A stretch of 33,870 nucleotides of DNA, taken from sequence record SRR20825006_771; one strand, given 5' to 3'. The notes under the pieces were generated by a model. It made no database searches. It was not told the DNA's origin and saw only the letters and a list, made by a program, of their open reading frames with translations. Positions within the stretch are counted from its first letter, which is position 1; the number at the start of each line of letters is the position of its first letter. Both the position numbers and the translations under genes were made by a program. This document shows, piece after piece, positions 32,843 to 33,870 of the stretch.

Positions 32843-33870
32843 GAAGATTGCCCCTGCGCCTGTGCGGGTTCTGCGGCACGTGCAGGTTTCACCAGTTGCG
32901 GTGTGATGCGGTATTCAACTTCATAGCCAAGATGATCAGAAAGCTCCCGCCCATCCAGCTCTTCATTGAAGTTTCTCACCATATAAACCGGCTTGATCAG
33001 ATACCCGCCTGATGCCTGAAAGAAGTGTTTGTCATTGGTATTATAAAGCACCTGACCCTTTGGTGTACTTTCATCAAGGCGGCAAACACCCTCAGTTCCC
33101 AAACAATCTTCCGCAGCGTCTATAAGCGGTAGGGTTGCGCGGAAATAATCGTACCGTTCACGCTGCTTGGTATTGAAATCGCCCGCCACAATAGCGGGGG
33201 AAGACCCGCAAAGCTTTTTCATGAACCAGCTGAGCGTATCTGTCTGGCGCTGATGCGCGCGAAATACATGCTTTGATGGCGCCTTGGCAGACCGCTGCGA
33301 ATTGAAGTGCGAGTTAATGATATCAACGGGTACAGAGACACCGGGCACCTCAATGCTGGCCATCAGGATCGCCTTGTTGGAAAGGCAATCATAGCCCGCG
33401 CACATATCGCTATCGAACACCTTGTGCTGTGCTTTCACGATAGGATAGTCGGAAAGGATATAGAGCCCGCTGCCGATAAACTTCTGCGGGTCAGAAAAAC
33501 TTGCATATGTTTTCCGGCTTTGCGGCACCCAGTGCGCGCGCCCTTTCTCGGAATTATCCTTACGTCCCGGGCCTTTAAGCACATAACGGTAGCCCGTAGT
33601 ATCCGCGATCACACGGGCATCACCATCAAACGCTTCCTGCAAGAGAACCACTTCCGGCTGCGAGCCTTCTTGGCGCCGCGTGCGAAGAATTTCCGCGATG
33701 CGCTCAAAAAGCGGGGTGGTTTTGCTGCGCAGCGGCGACGGTAAACCATGAATATTATAAGAAAGTACCTTAAGACGGACCCCTTCGTTCAGGTTTTTAG
33801 GTGAGACAGAGGTCAAAACTGTGGCGGTATTTGTGGCCAGTGTGGCGGAATCTGTGGCGGAATCTGTGGC
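32827..33870 (-). CDS. Endonuclease/exonuclease/phosphatase (EEP) family enzyme, sphingomyelinase-like; 5' end probably beyond the window
   Basis: SYNIHGLP, LLQEAF, GSGLYILSDYPI, NSHFN, AGDFN and LSDHLG catalytic motifs; the frame stays open to 33870 (ATDSATDSATLATNTATVLTSVS...). Confidence 0.88.
   Translation of the reverse strand, partial: ATDSATDSATLATNTATVLTSVSPKNLNEGVRLKVLSYNIHGLPSPLRSKTTPLFERIAEILRTRRQEGSQPEVVLLQEAFDGDARVIADTTGYRYVLKGPGRKDNSEKGRAHWVPQSRKTYASFSDPQKFIGSGLYILSDYPIVKAQHKVFDSDMCAGYDCLSNKAILMASIEVPGVSVPVDIINSHFNSQRSAKAPSKHVFRAHQRQTDTLSWFMKKLCGSSPAIVAGDFNTKQRERYDYFRATLPLIDAAEDCLGTEGVCRLDESTPKGQVLYNTNDKHFFQASGGYLIKPVYMVRNFNEELDGRELSDHLGYEVEYRITPQLVKPARAAEPAQAQGQSSWASR
33820..33870. 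repeat. In-frame 12-bp tandem repeat (TGTGGCGGAATC)n with degenerate copies, encoding ATDS-like units
   Basis: tgtggcggtatt, tgtggccag, tgtggcggaatc, tgtggcggaatc, tgtggc; runs off the window edge. Confidence 0.8.

Noticed and set aside
33820-33870. Terminal repeats as the start of a CRISPR array
   Set aside because: Units are 9-12 bp, contiguous, spacer-less and in frame within a CDS; no cas genes

Overview
Alphaproteobacterial chromosomal segment of moderate-to-high GC. DUF2336, DUF4170, aa3 oxidase subunit IV and a CtrA box point to this class; a marine lineage is an unverified guess. I see no mobile elements, CRISPR, rRNA or tRNA. The left part (1-11.8 kb) holds housekeeping and transport genes: TRAP dctPQM, DUF2336, an AGCS symporter, cytochrome c2, MlaC, a GcvR-like ACT protein, DUF4170, a DUF885 lipoprotein, hspQ, COX IV and a PLP dehydratase. 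The core (11.8-31.3 kb) is a ~19.5-kb divergent gamma-glutamylation (Puu/Pau-type) polyamine catabolism locus. Its leftward arm is gabD, puuA-like, puuB-like, TPR-sulfotransferase, TonB-dependent receptor and omega-amino acid:pyruvate transaminase. Its rightward arm is puuB-like, an unknown 6-TM three-repeat membrane protein, puuD, puuA-like, spuC-like, puuC-like, an NhaC-family carrier and a GntR/FCD regulator. Both arms have TTGAC-type promoters whose -10 region is covered by the same TGTGATCAC(A/T) dyad. The best candidate for an undescribed system is this apparent TonB-dependent polyamine-utilisation locus, with its sulfotransferase and unknown membrane protein and no Pot ABC transporter or PuuR/PauR in the window. 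The right end is an envelope operon: an EEP/sphingomyelinase-like enzyme with a 12-bp tandem repeat, MipA/OmpV and a D-Ala-D-Ala dipeptidase. All family calls come from motif recognition, not database searches.
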